Sequence record: OM339718.1
DNA length: 64,000 bases
Direction: 5' to 3' (one strand)
The notes under the pieces were generated by a model that made no database searches, had not been told where the DNA came from, and saw nothing but the letters and a program-made list of their open reading frames with translations. Of the stretch, positions 62,853-64,000 are shown piece by piece. Within the stretch, counting starts at the first letter, position 1, and every line of letters begins with the position of its first letter. The position numbers and the translations under genes were made by a program.

Positions 62853-63334
62853 AAGTAAAATATTTTGTATGGAAAGATGATAAATCCAAAGAAGATTGGA
62901 AAGAGGATTTTTATAAACAACTAGGATTTGATCTGGTACAGTACAAGCCAATAGTTGATGAGATTTACAATATTGATACCCCAATGAAATGCGTCATGAG
63001 TGACCGTTGGGAACAAACCGTTGACACGGTTAATGATATTGGGATCCCCGGTTGGTTGATGTTTAGTATGAATGATATTGTGGAAAAGGTTATCGTTGAG
63101 GTGAACCCGACACATCAAGAGGTTAATATGAAAGAGCCTAAACTGGTAGAGCAAGGGTTTATCCCGGAAAGCGGTATGTTTACTGCTGTGTGGATAGAAA
63201 ATGGTGTTATTCGTTCCGAGGATTTTATTGCCGAGGGTAATATGGTTGCAATCGCACGTATGCCTGAAATAAAATTCCCGTTGATTGAGTTAATTTTCCC
63301 TTCCAATTATAAAATTTTTGCTATCGAGGAATAA
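62849..63334 (+). CDS. Hypothetical protein with an in-frame internal SD/ATG
   Basis: ATGA overlap; internal GAGGTTAATATG near 63128. Confidence 0.68.
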   Translation: MKVKYFVWKDDKSKEDWKEDFYKQLGFDLVQYKPIVDEIYNIDTPMKCVMSDRWEQTVDTVNDIGIPGWLMFSMNDIVEKVIVEVNPTHQEVNMKEPKLVEQGFIPESGMFTAVWIENGVIRSEDFIAEGNMVAIARMPEIKFPLIELIFPSNYKIFAIEE

Positions 63335-63336
63335 AG

Positions 63337-63600
63337 ATGAAAGTACGTTTTAAAAGTGACCAATGCTATGATGAATTTATGTCTACAATTAGTGATGAAA
63401 TTGTGACGTCAGAAACCTCGTGGGCAAGCAAGGACGTACATGATATCTTTTCTAATATTGCACCAGACGAGGTATTTGAGGTAGAATTTACCGATAAAAA
63501 TGAAATCAAAGCGGTAAATGGGTTCCGACCGTTTGACGAAGGTTCCACATTCACAGTTATGTTCAAAGATGAAGTAGATAACTATCTAGATTTCGTTTAA
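63337..63600 (+). CDS. Small acidic protein, FKS-motif paralog family
   Basis: VRFKSDQCYDEF...DNYLDFV; GAGG SD. Confidence 0.75.
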   Translation: MKVRFKSDQCYDEFMSTISDEIVTSETSWASKDVHDIFSNIAPDEVFEVEFTDKNEIKAVNGFRPFDEGSTFTVMFKDEVDNYLDFV

Positions 63601-63609
63601 TTATGCCCC

Positions 63610-63690
63610 TAGGAAGCTCTACAATCAATTCTAAAAGTAATCCTATAACTTTGTATCGGTTTTGAATATAATTGATTGTAGAGCTTCCTA
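63610..63690. repeat. Perfect 21 bp inverted repeat with 39 nt spacer
   Basis: TAGGAAGCTCTACAATCAATT (63610..63630) / AATTGATTGTAGAGCTTCCTA (63670..63690). Confidence 0.92.
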
Positions 63691-63705
63691 TGAGGTAGTA
63701 TCACT

Positions 63706-63799
63706 TGAAATCAAAATATAAAATCTCTATAAGTATTTATATAGAAGATCTATAATTAGAGAGCGAAGCGAACCGCCGAAGGCGTACTCACTACGTTCG
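63706..63799. repeat. Structured non-coding element, copy B (inverted relative to copy A)
   Basis: 37 bp core 63724..63760, then GAGCGAAGCGAA-CCGCCGAAGGCG-TACTCACTACGTTCG. Confidence 0.92.
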
Positions 63800-63816
63800 T
63801 ATTTTAAGGAGTAAAA

Positions 63817-64000
63817 ATGTTAAATTGGTTCAAGAAAACTGATACACTAGATCTGGTTGTAGAGATCTCTTATTACGATTCCATGAATTGTCTGGTGTTA
63901 ATTGATACCCCAGAGATTCCTGTTACATTCACAAAAGGTTGTGACGTTAGGGAAACAATAAATTCCACAATCATCACGTTTGCAAAAAACGATAATAAGA
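63817..64000 (+). CDS. Hypothetical protein (3' truncated by window)
   Basis: AAGGAG SD, ATG 63817, open to the end. Confidence 0.65.
   Translation, partial: MLNWFKKTDTLDLVVEISYYDSMNCLVLIDTPEIPVTFTKGCDVRETINSTIITFAKNDNK

Overview
A 64 kb segment of a lytic T4-like (Straboviridae-type) phage genome. Essentially all real genes (about 130) lie on the + strand. The left end is core replication and lysis-inhibition DNA: 3' end of the gp41 helicase, gp61 primase, dUTPase, DexA, a fused gp39+60 topoisomerase subunit, rIIA and rIIB. The rest is an early/accessory region driven by host-type TTGAC promoters. It holds T4 quasi-core genes (pseT, cd, gp31, 30.9, 30.3, frd, td, denA, rnlA), auxiliary enzymes (CCA-adding enzyme, small alarmone hydrolase-like HD protein, YbiI/TraR-like factor, UvsE, GNAT, SprT, DNA methyltransferase) and many small hypothetical ORFs. 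The most notable observations are: (1) two ~100 bp structured non-coding elements in inverted orientation 47 kb apart (16.2 kb and 63.7 kb), sharing a perfect 37 bp core with a TATAAATA box plus GNA mini-hairpins; (2) a NADAR / ADP-ribosyltransferase-like / PRPP-synthetase-like / Nampt-like cluster that could form a closed ADP-ribosylation and NAD+ reconstitution cycle; (3) an acyl-carrier-protein-like domain with Ser replaced by Asp, fused to rIIB; (4) a circularly permuted gamma-type N-methyltransferase; (5) early promoters repeatedly built inside terminator-like hairpins. I saw no tRNA, rRNA, CRISPR array, intron or transposase. Family assignments come from motif recognition by eye, not database searches.
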